From: Holosporales bacterium
GTDB lineage: Bacteria; Pseudomonadota; Alphaproteobacteria; Paracaedibacterales; CANFPP01
Direction of reading: 5' to 3'
NCBI GenBank assembly: GCA_947449005.1
Contig: CANFPP010000009.1
Location: 796 to 64,795 of the forward strand
Length of the DNA: 64,000 nucleotides
Numbering within the stretch: the stretch's first letter is position 1; every line of letters begins with the position of its first letter. The notes under the pieces are model-generated. The model searched no databases, was not told where the DNA came from, and saw only the letters and a program-made list of their open reading frames with translations. Shown one piece after another: positions 46,679 to 56,660 of this stretch. A program made the position numbers and the translations under genes.

Positions 46679-46938
46679 CCATGTTTCTCAAATAGCTTTT
46701 TAGCGGTGAGGGTAGAGCCAAAATCAACATAATGACTCTTAATCAAACTAATTTACAGTATCAAAATCTAGTTATTAAACGGTTTGCAACGTTTCTTAGA
46801 AGTTATTCCGTCAAAGCCATTTGCACGATAACGAGCCAATAATCTTTTTATCTGCCTGGTGCTGATGTTAAGTATCTCTGCAGCTTTATATTGCTGGTGT
46901 AGCAAAAGGGATATTTTAACTTTGCTAAAACCTGACAT
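46679..46938 (-). pseudogene. Remnant of an IS transposase N-terminus (HTH region), interrupted by stops
   Basis: The minus-strand translation from ATG 46938 is 'MSGFSKVKISLLLHQQYKAAEILNISTRQIKRLLARYRANGFDGITSKKRCKPFNN*', then '..SLIKSHYVDFGSTLTAKKLFEKHGI*'. This pattern resembles the N-terminal HTH part of rve/DDE transposases I recall being annotated as ISNCY-type. The catalytic domain is absent. Confidence 0.55.
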
Positions 46939-47078
46939 TTCTATCTGTCGAGTACACCCTCACATTGCTACAGAGGGTGTGCTTGCCTAAAATAGAAAAT
47001 TGAAAAACATTACAACTGGATTGATTGGCTTAGAATAGATATTTCTAGTTTTATGAAGTTTCAAATAAGTTGCTTAAA

Positions 47079-50000
47079 ATGTTTTTTTTGTTAAAATTAG
47101 CTTATTGTATAGTTTTTGTAGTTAATCAAAGTAATGCTACTGAGTGTATCGATTTAACAGATATAAATCCTCACGAAATTTCTCCACCTCCGTTAAGTGA
47201 ATTAATTACGCAACTTAAAACATCACTTACTCTTTCTATGGTTGAAATTGAAGAAGAGAGCTTTGAAGGGTTCTGTCTTACAAGTGCTGATAAAGAGACA
47301 GAGAAATTGTTTCTATTAGCAAGCAATGGTAATAGAAGGGCCTATCAACAACTAAAAGAAAAAGCGCAACATACTGACCCCATCGCTTGTGGTTTTATGC
47401 TTCGTTATTTATTGACTGTGGGTCCTACTTATCATTGTTATGATGATTTAGACGCGAATCCTCAAGAATATTTAAGAAAATGTGAGCAAAGCTTACGTGA
47501 CTTGTCTCAGCAAGAGCATCCTTATGCACTTGAAATACTAGGATTGGTATATGAAGTCGGATGCGGTGCAATTATACCTGATATAGAGACAGCTAAAGTC
47601 TATACATTAAAGGCTGCGCTGAAAAGATATTCTAGAGCTCAAAATTTAATGGGATACGTTTTAAATAAACAGAAAGATCCTGAAGCTTTACTTTGGTTTA
47701 TTCGTGCCGCCAGAAACGGTTCTCTCACGGCGATCAGAAATTTAGGATTTGAAGTTGAAAGAATAAAGCTTAAGGAACTCGCCGTAGAGTTTTATAAAAC
47801 AGCAGCGATAATGGGTGATAGTGATTCGTTATTAGTAATTGCGAATTACTACAAGACTCTTGGGGATCATCATACTGCTTTTCTCTACTTACAGAAGGCC
47901 GTGGAGTTCAATAGCATTGAAGCTTATTTTCAAATAGGTAGCTATTTATTACAAAGTTTATTAGAAGAAATAGGGGTCGAAAAACCAGAGCCCCAAAGTA
48001 AAATTAGTGATTATTTTTCCGTTGCAGCCAAATATAGATACAAACATGCTTTTTATAATTTAGCGCAGTATTATGAAGTTATCAAAGATGAACATGAAAA
48101 AATAAATAGTTTAAGGCGAGGGGATGCTATTGGAGATACCTCTTGTACTTTAGCTCTTGCAAAAAATTTACTTGAGACAGATCTAGCAGAAAGTAGGGCA
48201 CTTTTTGAAAAATGTTTGTCGTTGAAAGTAAAGAATGCTGAAGCCTGGTTAGCCCAATGTATTTTGCAGGAATGTGATATTCTTATCGACGAAGAGGAAT
48301 TGTTGTTTGCAAAACTAACACAGGCATTAGATTCACTTAAACTTTATGCCCATGAAAAAAAATCTGTTTTTTACGAAGTTAATCGCGAAAAAACACTTAT
48401 TGTAATTTGGAAACTTCTTAAAAGGTTTTTAAATCTACTAGATGAAAACAAAGTGGTTCAAGCGAGTCAATTGGAACCCTACATTAGTGAATTCCTGCTA
48501 TTGCCAATTCTAGATGATTTGACAGAGGCTCAACCATTGTTAGGTAATTTTGCTTATGATTTAACTCTTTTTTATTTACATAAGCAAAATCATATTCAGG
48601 CATCAAAAAATATGTTGCTTGCAGTACGATTTGGTCATGAATCAGCTCTTGATCTTATCGGAATGGTAAGATCGCAGATTGTAGATGCATCGACAGAACA
48701 TAGTAATTTAGACGAGCCAATAAGGGAACGGAGAACAATAGAAGAGGAACTTCTATTGATGATGCCTGAGCCATCACTTTCTCCGGCTACTATTAGTTCT
48801 TTAGCTTTCGGGTATTATTTTGGGCGATATGGATTTTCTAAAGATCATGTGAAGGCTTTGTACTGGTTTAGGAAAGGTACTGAAGTTGGTATTGATAGTT
48901 TTTTTCATTGCCTTGCATATGTTCAGTGGAATGAGGGAAAAACTCTTCAAGAAAAAAAAGAAGCTGCAGAAATTTACAGACAAGCGATTGCTGTTCAGAA
49001 AGAAAATCTAAACAATAGGGGGGTTTCAAAATTACACCTTGCTCGAATGCTTGTTGATTTATCATCCCAAGAAACTGGGAACAGAACAAACGTGCAAGAA
49101 GCGTATATGCTTATCAATGAAGCTTTATCAGATGGGGGCATAGGAAGCAAAAAGCGCAAAAGTTTTACTTGGTATGGAGTTTCAAAAGATATGCAAGTTT
49201 CTTTTGAAGAAGCAGAAGCATCTTTCTTAGACATAGTGGATAGCTCCGATCCGTCTATAAGTATAGGGAAGCGGGGTAAAGCAGCATTTGATTTAGCTTG
49301 CCTCAATTTATGGGGAGGTTTTCAAAAAGCAAAGAGTTTAAAACAGACTCTAACTCACTTTAGTCAAGCTCTACATTATGGTGAAATGGAAAGCCATTTA
49401 TTTTTAACGGTCATTACTGATTATTTAACGATGAAAACGATTAGTGGCTGGGTTGTCGGAGAGCCTGACAGTGCCTCGGTTCTGTATAGTGCCAGGCGTA
49501 CAGATTTAAATTTAACGACACATGAAATTGTGGATGTTCAACGACGAACAAAATTAGGAGATTCAGCTGCTTTAAATATGATAGGAACATTTTACCAAAC
49601 TGGCTCAAATGGTTTTTCTCGTATTCCTGTTTTGGCGAAACTGTATTTTATGAAAGCAGCTCAGGCTGAAAATATGACAGCTATGTTTAATTTGGCGAAT
49701 GGATTTTTTAATGGGTGGTTTGGTGCCGCTGACGAGAATGAAGCTCATAAATGGTATAAAGAAGCTGCTAAGAGAGGACATATGCCCTCAAAGTATATGT
49801 GTCTCAGTATAGAGCAGCAAAGAGCAAGAATACTTAATGTAACGGCATCTCAACCTAATTTGATAAAAAAGCTTGAAGAACTTTATCGTAATAAAGATTT
49901 TTTCCCGGCGGCTTTAGATTTATCTTTATGTTACAGCTACGGTCTTAAGGGGATAAGTCCTTCTTCCGAACATGCTGTCCTTTGGTTAGAAAGAGCGGCG

Positions 50001-53000
50001 CAAACGAATCAAATCGCTAAGCTTATTTTTAAATCATATTATCCTACTCTAGTTACTCTTACAGAAGAGGAATTAACGAAACTCTGGTCATCTAGAACCA
50101 ACGTTGAGGGACGTTCAACAATAGCAATTATTGGAGGAGGAGTAGGCGGAACTCTTTCAGCCGTTTTACTGGCGAAATTGAGAGATTATGCAGGAGAGCC
50201 TGTCTTTACCATTAATCTGATTGAAAGAGAAAATAATTTATTAGAAGGGGCAAGTAAGTCTATTTCGCGTCTTCATCTTGGAGCAGAGTATCCAAAAGAT
50301 CAATTAACAGCTTTGCAGTGTTTATATTGTGCAATCCTTTTTCGTCAAATGTTTCAAACTGACAAAATATTAACAGAACGTAAGACGCTTAGTTTTTTGT
50401 TGGCTCGAGCTTGTGAAAGCGAAGAGGCTCCGCACAAGAGACTTCAGAGAGAAGAACTTCATCAACACTATGAGCGGATCAAAAGTAATTATGGAGAGTA
50501 TTACGAAAAGCTAAAAGAAATTTATGGAGAAGCTATTAACGATCTTCTTTTTGGTCCTCCGTCTACATTTTTCGATGTTATGCAAGAGGATGAGCTAGAG
50601 AAATTAAGGTTGTTCTCTCATTTTTCTACGGGAATTAATACAAGAGAAAGAGGATTTCAGCCAGTTGCACTTGGAGTCATCCTAGAGAAGCTCGTTCGTG
50701 AACAGTCCAATATTAAAGTCTATAAAAACTCTAACATTATAGATGTTGAGCATCATCGTGAGAGAGGATTTCATCTAAGAACATCCGACTCTAGAAATAT
50801 ATATGGAAAATATTTAATTAATGCTTCATGGGATAATATTCCACGTATCAACTCCTTGGTTGTAGGGCAACCTTCTATAGGAGCAGCTAGTAGAAAGGAT
50901 GTTACGGTCTATCTTAGAAGTTTAGCGATGATTGATATTAGTGAGTGTACAGCTTTACCCACAGATAGAAGTTTCTTTGGACTTATCGATAGCTATGGGG
51001 GAATGCTATCCTGTTTTACGGATAAAGTTGCAACTTTATTCATTCCTAAAGAAGGGATGTCTTATCAAGGAGAATACCATCTCAATCAAGATGAGTTTCT
51101 TATTAGTACACTTCCAACTGAAGCCTCTCATCGTTATGAAGAGTTAAAAAATGAAGCAAAAATGCAAGAAATCGTCCGAAATATGATTGAAGATGCTATA
51201 AGTAAATATCCTCAGCTAAGAGGAGCAAAACCTATTACGCTCATAACAAAGACGACTCTTTCTTCTGATGATGAGATTTTTAAGAGAACTCATGTGGGGG
51301 CTACATGGATTGATGAAGGCAACGAATGTTTGCAAGTTTATGCTTCTAAAGCTACATTTGCTCCGCTGTTAGCAGCTCAAACTTTAGCAAGGTTTGTGAT
51401 GGATAAGCCAGAAGGAAAAAGAGTTAAACTAGATGAGTCTACGCACAGATTTTTACAGAATATTTCCGGTGAGCATGTTTTAGAAGACCCTGTGTTACCT
51501 CGAGACTTAGTTTTAGTACCATCAATTGATTTAGAGGAAAGTCTACAAATAGATAATGATCTCTATTCCTATGCTTTCAGAAGAAATCTTCCCTATGCTC
51601 TTTTTGATCCAAATGATGATACGCATGGTATAGGAGATGTGGCCGGACGTTTTAGTAAGCTGGCTTTGAGTAATGAACTAGATTTAGAGTGCAGTGTAAT
51701 TACTGTTGAATTAGCAAAATATCTTATAGAACTCTTTGAACTTCAAAAATCATTTGTCACAATTAAACTCGGGACATTTATTGAGGGTGATGATCAAGAG
51801 GAAGAAGATATGTTGGGAGCTGTTCTGACATCTCTCATAAACCTGCCTCATTTAAAAAAGTTAACATTAAAGAATTGCAATTTAACAGTGTTGTCTCATT
51901 CTAAGCTATTAAATGTGCTTATACAAAAATTAGAAAATCTCACCCTTAGTGATGATGTTGTTTTAGATGAAAGAAGTTCTAAACATATTTTTAAAAAGGA
52001 AACTGCTACAAATATTAATTATCTATCTGTAAGCGGCTCAACTATTAGCCACATTGTTTTGTCGCATATAGTAGATTTTATCTTAGTTCACCATTCGCTA
52101 GTAGATGTAGAGTTAGCCAACAATAGTTTTAATTTTAAGCATAAAGAAGAAGCTATTTCTTCCATAGAAAGATTGATTAAATATTCTCAGACTTTAAAAC
52201 ATTTATATTTAAACGGACACAACCTATTCGGGGGAGAAAGTAGCTCAGCGAGATCTTCTCAAACACCATGGACAGAAAGTAATATAATTAATAGAGTTTT
52301 AAGAACCATTGCTGCTAATAAGTCTTTAGACTATGTAGATTTAAGCAATAGAGACTCAACTGATTTGCAAAACGCTTTAGATTACTATTTTGCTTTTCGA
52401 CAAAAAGAGCATCTGATGATTTCTCCTCATGATATTGAGGAGTTCGAAAGACAATTACAAGTTTCTATAGAAGATGGTCGAGTTTTTACTTTTTCTCCAG
52501 AAAAAACGCATGATGAAGAGTTAGTTCCTGCTCAAGAAGTTGAGATAGAATACGTAGGAACGTTAAGAAATCAACCCATGTTTTTTGAAGTTAAAAGAAT
52601 CTTTGGAGATGATATTGGTGGTGGTTATAGCGCAATGGATGTCAATCGTCGTTTTGTTGTAAAAATGCTAAAACAAGTTCTAGGAGGAGATGATGAGCTT
52701 AAGAAAAGCATAATTGTTCCTATTCTTATTAATGAGATTGAAGATAATTTTGAGCGCTTGCCGAGAAGTATGATGACTAAAGAGCATTATCGTTCAAGTG
52801 TGAGAGAAATCAGAATTCTTGATGAAGAAAAGCAGCATTTAGTTGTACAATTAAATGATCTTTTGGGACAACCTGAAGGTCAAAGAGTATGTGATGTTGA
52901 GTTGGTTAGAGAATGCCAGAGCCGAATAGAAGAATTAACACAGCAGCAAGCTGCTACATATCACCAGCTCTTGAATTTAGTGACGAGTGAAAAAGATAGG

Positions 53001-53444
53001 ATTAAAAGCCTAAAACAATCTTATGCAAGAAGCCCCGGAGTTATTGCCGAATACTTGACAAATTATATAGCGATAAGTCCGCAGGAATACTACGTACTTG
53101 AAAAACAAGATAATCGGTTAGCCTATCATAAAGATGAAGAGAGTGAGCAAAGACTAACAATTCTTGATGCAATTTCTTATCTGCAACAAAAAAACCTAGC
53201 AGTATGGGAGAATTCCGGAGAACTTTTGGGCAATCTTATCTTAACCCATTTCTATTCTCCTTTTCCTCAGCAAGAAATACTTCATCTTCTCTATGCCAAT
53301 GATCATTTTGATAGACTTAAACAGACTAAGAAAACTGCGGAGCTTTCCCGGGAATTGCTCTCGCAGCCGAAAGCACGGATTGGATTAGAGCGGGACGATC
53401 CGAAGGATAATCATGAAGCTAGTCTCTTGCAGCAAACGACGTAG
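47079..53444 (+). CDS. Giant exported multidomain protein: Sel1-repeat arrays + embedded FAD/NAD(P)-binding oxidoreductase module + RNI-type leucine-rich repeats + OTU-like C-terminal region
   Basis: Signal peptide 'MFFLLKLAYCIVFVVNQSNA'. Sel1 units such as 'GDSAALNMIGTFYQTGSNGF..AKLYFMKAAQAENMTAMFNLANGFFNGWFG..EAHKWYKEAAKRGH' (about 47.5-50.0 kb). 'IAIIGGGVGGTLSAVLLAKL' dinucleotide fold (about 50.1-51.4 kb). LRRs 'LPHLKKLTLKNCNLT', 'LENLTLSDD', 'LKHLYLNGHNL' (about 51.8-52.4 kb). The C-terminus is discussed in findings. I preferred ATG 47079 to TTG 47070. Confidence 0.8.
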   Translation: MFFLLKLAYCIVFVVNQSNATECIDLTDINPHEISPPPLSELITQLKTSLTLSMVEIEEESFEGFCLTSADKETEKLFLLASNGNRRAYQQLKEKAQHTDPIACGFMLRYLLTVGPTYHCYDDLDANPQEYLRKCEQSLRDLSQQEHPYALEILGLVYEVGCGAIIPDIETAKVYTLKAALKRYSRAQNLMGYVLNKQKDPEALLWFIRAARNGSLTAIRNLGFEVERIKLKELAVEFYKTAAIMGDSDSLLVIANYYKTLGDHHTAFLYLQKAVEFNSIEAYFQIGSYLLQSLLEEIGVEKPEPQSKISDYFSVAAKYRYKHAFYNLAQYYEVIKDEHEKINSLRRGDAIGDTSCTLALAKNLLETDLAESRALFEKCLSLKVKNAEAWLAQCILQECDILIDEEELLFAKLTQALDSLKLYAHEKKSVFYEVNREKTLIVIWKLLKRFLNLLDENKVVQASQLEPYISEFLLLPILDDLTEAQPLLGNFAYDLTLFYLHKQNHIQASKNMLLAVRFGHESALDLIGMVRSQIVDASTEHSNLDEPIRERRTIEEELLLMMPEPSLSPATISSLAFGYYFGRYGFSKDHVKALYWFRKGTEVGIDSFFHCLAYVQWNEGKTLQEKKEAAEIYRQAIAVQKENLNNRGVSKLHLARMLVDLSSQETGNRTNVQEAYMLINEALSDGGIGSKKRKSFTWYGVSKDMQVSFEEAEASFLDIVDSSDPSISIGKRGKAAFDLACLNLWGGFQKAKSLKQTLTHFSQALHYGEMESHLFLTVITDYLTMKTISGWVVGEPDSASVLYSARRTDLNLTTHEIVDVQRRTKLGDSAALNMIGTFYQTGSNGFSRIPVLAKLYFMKAAQAENMTAMFNLANGFFNGWFGAADENEAHKWYKEAAKRGHMPSKYMCLSIEQQRARILNVTASQPNLIKKLEELYRNKDFFPAALDLSLCYSYGLKGISPSSEHAVLWLERAAQTNQIAKLIFKSYYPTLVTLTEEELTKLWSSRTNVEGRSTIAIIGGGVGGTLSAVLLAKLRDYAGEPVFTINLIERENNLLEGASKSISRLHLGAEYPKDQLTALQCLYCAILFRQMFQTDKILTERKTLSFLLARACESEEAPHKRLQREELHQHYERIKSNYGEYYEKLKEIYGEAINDLLFGPPSTFFDVMQEDELEKLRLFSHFSTGINTRERGFQPVALGVILEKLVREQSNIKVYKNSNIIDVEHHRERGFHLRTSDSRNIYGKYLINASWDNIPRINSLVVGQPSIGAASRKDVTVYLRSLAMIDISECTALPTDRSFFGLIDSYGGMLSCFTDKVATLFIPKEGMSYQGEYHLNQDEFLISTLPTEASHRYEELKNEAKMQEIVRNMIEDAISKYPQLRGAKPITLITKTTLSSDDEIFKRTHVGATWIDEGNECLQVYASKATFAPLLAAQTLARFVMDKPEGKRVKLDESTHRFLQNISGEHVLEDPVLPRDLVLVPSIDLEESLQIDNDLYSYAFRRNLPYALFDPNDDTHGIGDVAGRFSKLALSNELDLECSVITVELAKYLIELFELQKSFVTIKLGTFIEGDDQEEEDMLGAVLTSLINLPHLKKLTLKNCNLTVLSHSKLLNVLIQKLENLTLSDDVVLDERSSKHIFKKETATNINYLSVSGSTISHIVLSHIVDFILVHHSLVDVELANNSFNFKHKEEAISSIERLIKYSQTLKHLYLNGHNLFGGESSSARSSQTPWTESNIINRVLRTIAANKSLDYVDLSNRDSTDLQNALDYYFAFRQKEHLMISPHDIEEFERQLQVSIEDGRVFTFSPEKTHDEELVPAQEVEIEYVGTLRNQPMFFEVKRIFGDDIGGGYSAMDVNRRFVVKMLKQVLGGDDELKKSIIVPILINEIEDNFERLPRSMMTKEHYRSSVREIRILDEEKQHLVVQLNDLLGQPEGQRVCDVELVRECQSRIEELTQQQAATYHQLLNLVTSEKDRIKSLKQSYARSPGVIAEYLTNYIAISPQEYYVLEKQDNRLAYHKDEESEQRLTILDAISYLQQKNLAVWENSGELLGNLILTHFYSPFPQQEILHLLYANDHFDRLKQTKKTAELSRELLSQPKARIGLERDDPKDNHEASLLQQTT

Positions 53445-53477
53445 CTTTAGTACTGATTTTAATGAGTTTTCGTAGAA

Positions 53478-54914
53478 TCATGTGATTTTTTTTTGCATTA
53501 GATTTTCAAAATCTGGTGGACAAAAGCCACCAAATTCTTGTTCTAATTTATGCAAAATATCTATAACAACATGATCATAAAATGGTTTTGCAACAATTTG
53601 AACTCCAATAGGAAGGCCTTCTTTTGTCTGGCCGCACCTCACAACACCAACAGGCCAGCCTAAAAGATTATATGTCATTGCATAAGTGTAATCTTCGATA
53701 TTGCTAAATGATGTGTTATGAAGCTTTGCGGGAGTTGCACAAGGAGGACATAGAATGATGTCATAATTGTCCATAAAATCATGCATCTCGAAGCGAAACT
53801 TTGCAATTTGCGAAATGTATTCGTATAAATCTATAAGGTCAAATTTTGTCTTTTGTGTATCCTTAATAAACTCTTTTTGTAAGGAAGAAATATTTTTTGT
53901 CTTTAATTTATTAAACGTATCATAAACATTTTGACTTTGGAGTCCTTTCCTAAAATAAACTTTCCATAAGAGTTCAAAAGTTTGATCGATGCTGGGAGGA
54001 GCAACCCTGTTAACTACACATCCGTTCTTAGAAAAAAATTCGGCTGTCATATCAATGACAGAACTTATTTCCGGGGTTGGCTTAACGATTCCATTATCTG
54101 TATAAACGGCTACCCTTAGATGACTAAATTCATCTCCCTTCAAAGAATGCATTTGTATAGGAAGGCTTGTTGGATCTTTAAAATTGTATCTGGCAAGGAT
54201 GGGAAGCGATAATTTCAGATCTTCTACATACCGTGCCATTGGTCCAAATGTTCCATGCGGATCAATTAATCCAATTCCAGAAAATGGAGATTTAATTCCA
54301 TCAAGACTTAACAATCCTTGTGTGGGTTTTATGCCTGTAATTCCGCAAAAATGAGAGGGGACCCTAATGCTCCCACCTCCATCAGAACCTAATCCAAGGG
54401 GAGACCCGTTTGCTGCTAAAATTGCAGCTTCACCGCCTGAACTACCTCCCGGAGAATACTCCAAATCATAGGGATTGTTTGTTACCCCATAAATAACATT
54501 TGATGTTTCGTAAGCTTCAGCAAATTCAGGAGAGTTTGTCATCCCTATGATGATAGCCCCTTCCTCTAATAGTCTTTTTACGCAAAAAGCTGAAGTACTT
54601 GCTACACGATCTTTATAGCCTTCCGTACCATAAGTGCAGATATAGCCTTCAATATCACAAAAATCTTTAATTGTTATGGGTAGTCCTTGCAGCTTACCAA
54701 TGTTATGTCCTAACGCAAGTTGCTTATCGGTTTGTCTAGCTTTAGATAAGGCTTCTTCTTGTTTCTGTTGGACAACAGCACCTAGGATTGGATTTACCTT
54801 TTCTATTTGATCTAGAAAAGCTTGAACAACTTTTTCTGAACTTAAAGCGCCTGATTTTATTTCATCAACCAGTGTCGTTGCAGATTTTTCAATAATTGAC
54901 TTCATAAAATTCAA
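53478..54914 (-). CDS. Amidase-signature family amidase (GatA-like)
   Basis: 'GLPITIKD', 'GGSSGGEAAILAANGSPLGLGSDGGGSIRVPS' amidase signature. 478 aa. Confidence 0.88.
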   Translation of the reverse strand: MNFMKSIIEKSATTLVDEIKSGALSSEKVVQAFLDQIEKVNPILGAVVQQKQEEALSKARQTDKQLALGHNIGKLQGLPITIKDFCDIEGYICTYGTEGYKDRVASTSAFCVKRLLEEGAIIIGMTNSPEFAEAYETSNVIYGVTNNPYDLEYSPGGSSGGEAAILAANGSPLGLGSDGGGSIRVPSHFCGITGIKPTQGLLSLDGIKSPFSGIGLIDPHGTFGPMARYVEDLKLSLPILARYNFKDPTSLPIQMHSLKGDEFSHLRVAVYTDNGIVKPTPEISSVIDMTAEFFSKNGCVVNRVAPPSIDQTFELLWKVYFRKGLQSQNVYDTFNKLKTKNISSLQKEFIKDTQKTKFDLIDLYEYISQIAKFRFEMHDFMDNYDIILCPPCATPAKLHNTSFSNIEDYTYAMTYNLLGWPVGVVRCGQTKEGLPIGVQIVAKPFYDHVVIDILHKLEQEFGGFCPPDFENLMQKKIT

Positions 54915-55023
54915 GACCTCTTGTTGGATTGTGAGTTTTCCGATTTGTTTAAATCAGCTTTTTAAAATTAAAAGAAAAGAAGGAACAGGTTAAAACCAGT
55001 TCCTTCAAGAGAGAGAAAATCAG

Positions 55024-55746
55024 TTAAATCTTGCGAGCAAGTGTAACGCCATCACCAAGAGCAAGCATGCTTATCTCTACTCGCTTATCATGCTTTAGTT
55101 TTTCATTTAAGCTGCGGACGCCAACAGTATCAATGTCGTTATGTGCAGTATCAATGACTTTTCCGCCCCATAAAACATTATCAACAATTATAAGTCCGCC
55201 TGAGCGCACTAAATCTATTGCATATTCGAAATAAAGGGATTGATTACTTTTATCTGCATCGATGAAAACGATATCAAATGTTTCAGAGTATCCTGATTTT
55301 TTAAGTACTTCTAAAGTGTCTTCAGCGGCGGCAATCCGTAAATCAATTTTGTGATCAACCTTTGCAAGTTTCCAATATTTTTGTCCCAGACTTGTCCACT
55401 CCTCTGAAACATCACAAGCAATTATTTTCCCATCTTCAGGTAAAGCTGAGGCCATCCAAAGAGTGCTGTATCCCGTAAATGTACCAATTTCGAGAATTTT
55501 TTTTGCCCCAACAAGTTTAACCAGAAGAGCCATAAACTGTCCTTGATCAGGAGAGGATTGCATGACCATTTGAGAATTATTATGTGTATCAATACGTAAT
55601 TCTTTCATTAATTCTGGTTCATTAGAAGTCACCTTGAGGATATATTGATAAAGCTCATCAGTTATAGGAAGAATCCCTTTTTCTTTGAACTCATATTCTT
55701 TTGGAACAGCTCTAATATAATCTTCTTTTTTTAATACGTTTGTCAT
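55024..55746 (-). CDS. Class I SAM-dependent O-methyltransferase (caffeoyl-CoA OMT-like, Methyltransf_3)
   Basis: 'KKILEIGTFTGYSTLWMA', 'FDIVFIDADK', 'GGLIIVDNVLWGGKV'. Confidence 0.85.
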   Translation of the reverse strand: MTNVLKKEDYIRAVPKEYEFKEKGILPITDELYQYILKVTSNEPELMKELRIDTHNNSQMVMQSSPDQGQFMALLVKLVGAKKILEIGTFTGYSTLWMASALPEDGKIIACDVSEEWTSLGQKYWKLAKVDHKIDLRIAAAEDTLEVLKKSGYSETFDIVFIDADKSNQSLYFEYAIDLVRSGGLIIVDNVLWGGKVIDTAHNDIDTVGVRSLNEKLKHDKRVEISMLALGDGVTLARKI

Positions 55747-55786
55747 AATTTTTCCTTTTTTAAATATAATTTAATTTTTAGTATTA

Positions 55787-56512
55787 TTAAAAAGCCTCAG
55801 ACTGTTTTGTTAACTCTTCCATCGCGCTAATAAGGGAAGTGTCTTTTTTATCTTGCATAGCAAGTCCTTCTGCATTCACAGCAGTAACGTTTCTAATTCC
55901 GATAAAACCTAAAGTGGTACGCATATATGGCGTAAGATGATCATATGATGTTCCGCCATAACAACCGCCAGAGGTCGTGATTAACATTACAGGTCGATCT
56001 TCAAGCATTCCTTGTGGGCCACTAGAAGTGTATCCGAATGTTTTTCCAGCACGCAGGATAAGGTCAATGTAAGATTTCAACGGTGCTGGAATGGTGAAAT
56101 TATGCATTGGTGTTGCAATCACGATTGCATCAGAAGTTTTTAATTCATTTATCAAAGTATCTGATAAGCGCCTGAGACTTTCAGCCTCTGGTGTCAGAGC
56201 AGTACCAGCCAAAATTACTTCAAGGGTTTGATTGTTTATATAAGGTACTGGTTCTCTTCCTAGATCCCTGTACATAGGTTCATATTTTCCTGGGTAACGA
56301 CTATTTAGTTGATCCAAAAAGTGCTGGGATAAGACCCTAGAATTAGAACTCGTTAAATTTGGACTTACGTTCATCACCAATAATTTTTTTACCACTTTTG
56401 CTGCTCCTCCTATGAATTCTTCTGCTATCGATGCGTTTGCGTTATGTGAAGTTAGTGTTGAAACAACGACTATCAAAGCTTTGATAGAGAATGATATTTT
56501 GTGTGTGTTCAT
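55787..56512 (-). CDS. azoR: FMN-dependent NADH-azoreductase (AzoR-like) with an N-terminal signal-peptide-like extension
   Basis: 'KKLLVMNVSPNLTSSNSRVLSQHF', 'AIVIATPMHNFTIPAPLKSYIDLILRAGKTF', 'LGFIGIRNVTAVNAEG'. Preceded by about 40 aa, 'MNTHKISFSIKALIVVVSTLTSHNANAS'. Confidence 0.8.
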   Translation of the reverse strand: MNTHKISFSIKALIVVVSTLTSHNANASIAEEFIGGAAKVVKKLLVMNVSPNLTSSNSRVLSQHFLDQLNSRYPGKYEPMYRDLGREPVPYINNQTLEVILAGTALTPEAESLRRLSDTLINELKTSDAIVIATPMHNFTIPAPLKSYIDLILRAGKTFGYTSSGPQGMLEDRPVMLITTSGGCYGGTSYDHLTPYMRTTLGFIGIRNVTAVNAEGLAMQDKKDTSLISAMEELTKQSEAF

Positions 56513-56660
56513 TTTTTTATCCTTTTTATTATTAATTATAAATTTATGTTTTTCTTTGTAAGGGCTATATTTTCATATTTTCTCTCCTTCATTCTGGATT
56601 TGTCATAATATTTTATTCTTTCAAATAAACTTTTTTTATTACTAATTTTTTTTGTTGAAA

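Noticed and set aside
45272-46965. Identical 10-mer caccctcaca at 45272-45281 and 46956-46965, considered as IS ends bracketing the atypical luxR gene and the transposase relic
   Set aside because: Many 10-mer coincidences are expected in a window of this size, there are no extended inverted repeats, and there is no target duplication.
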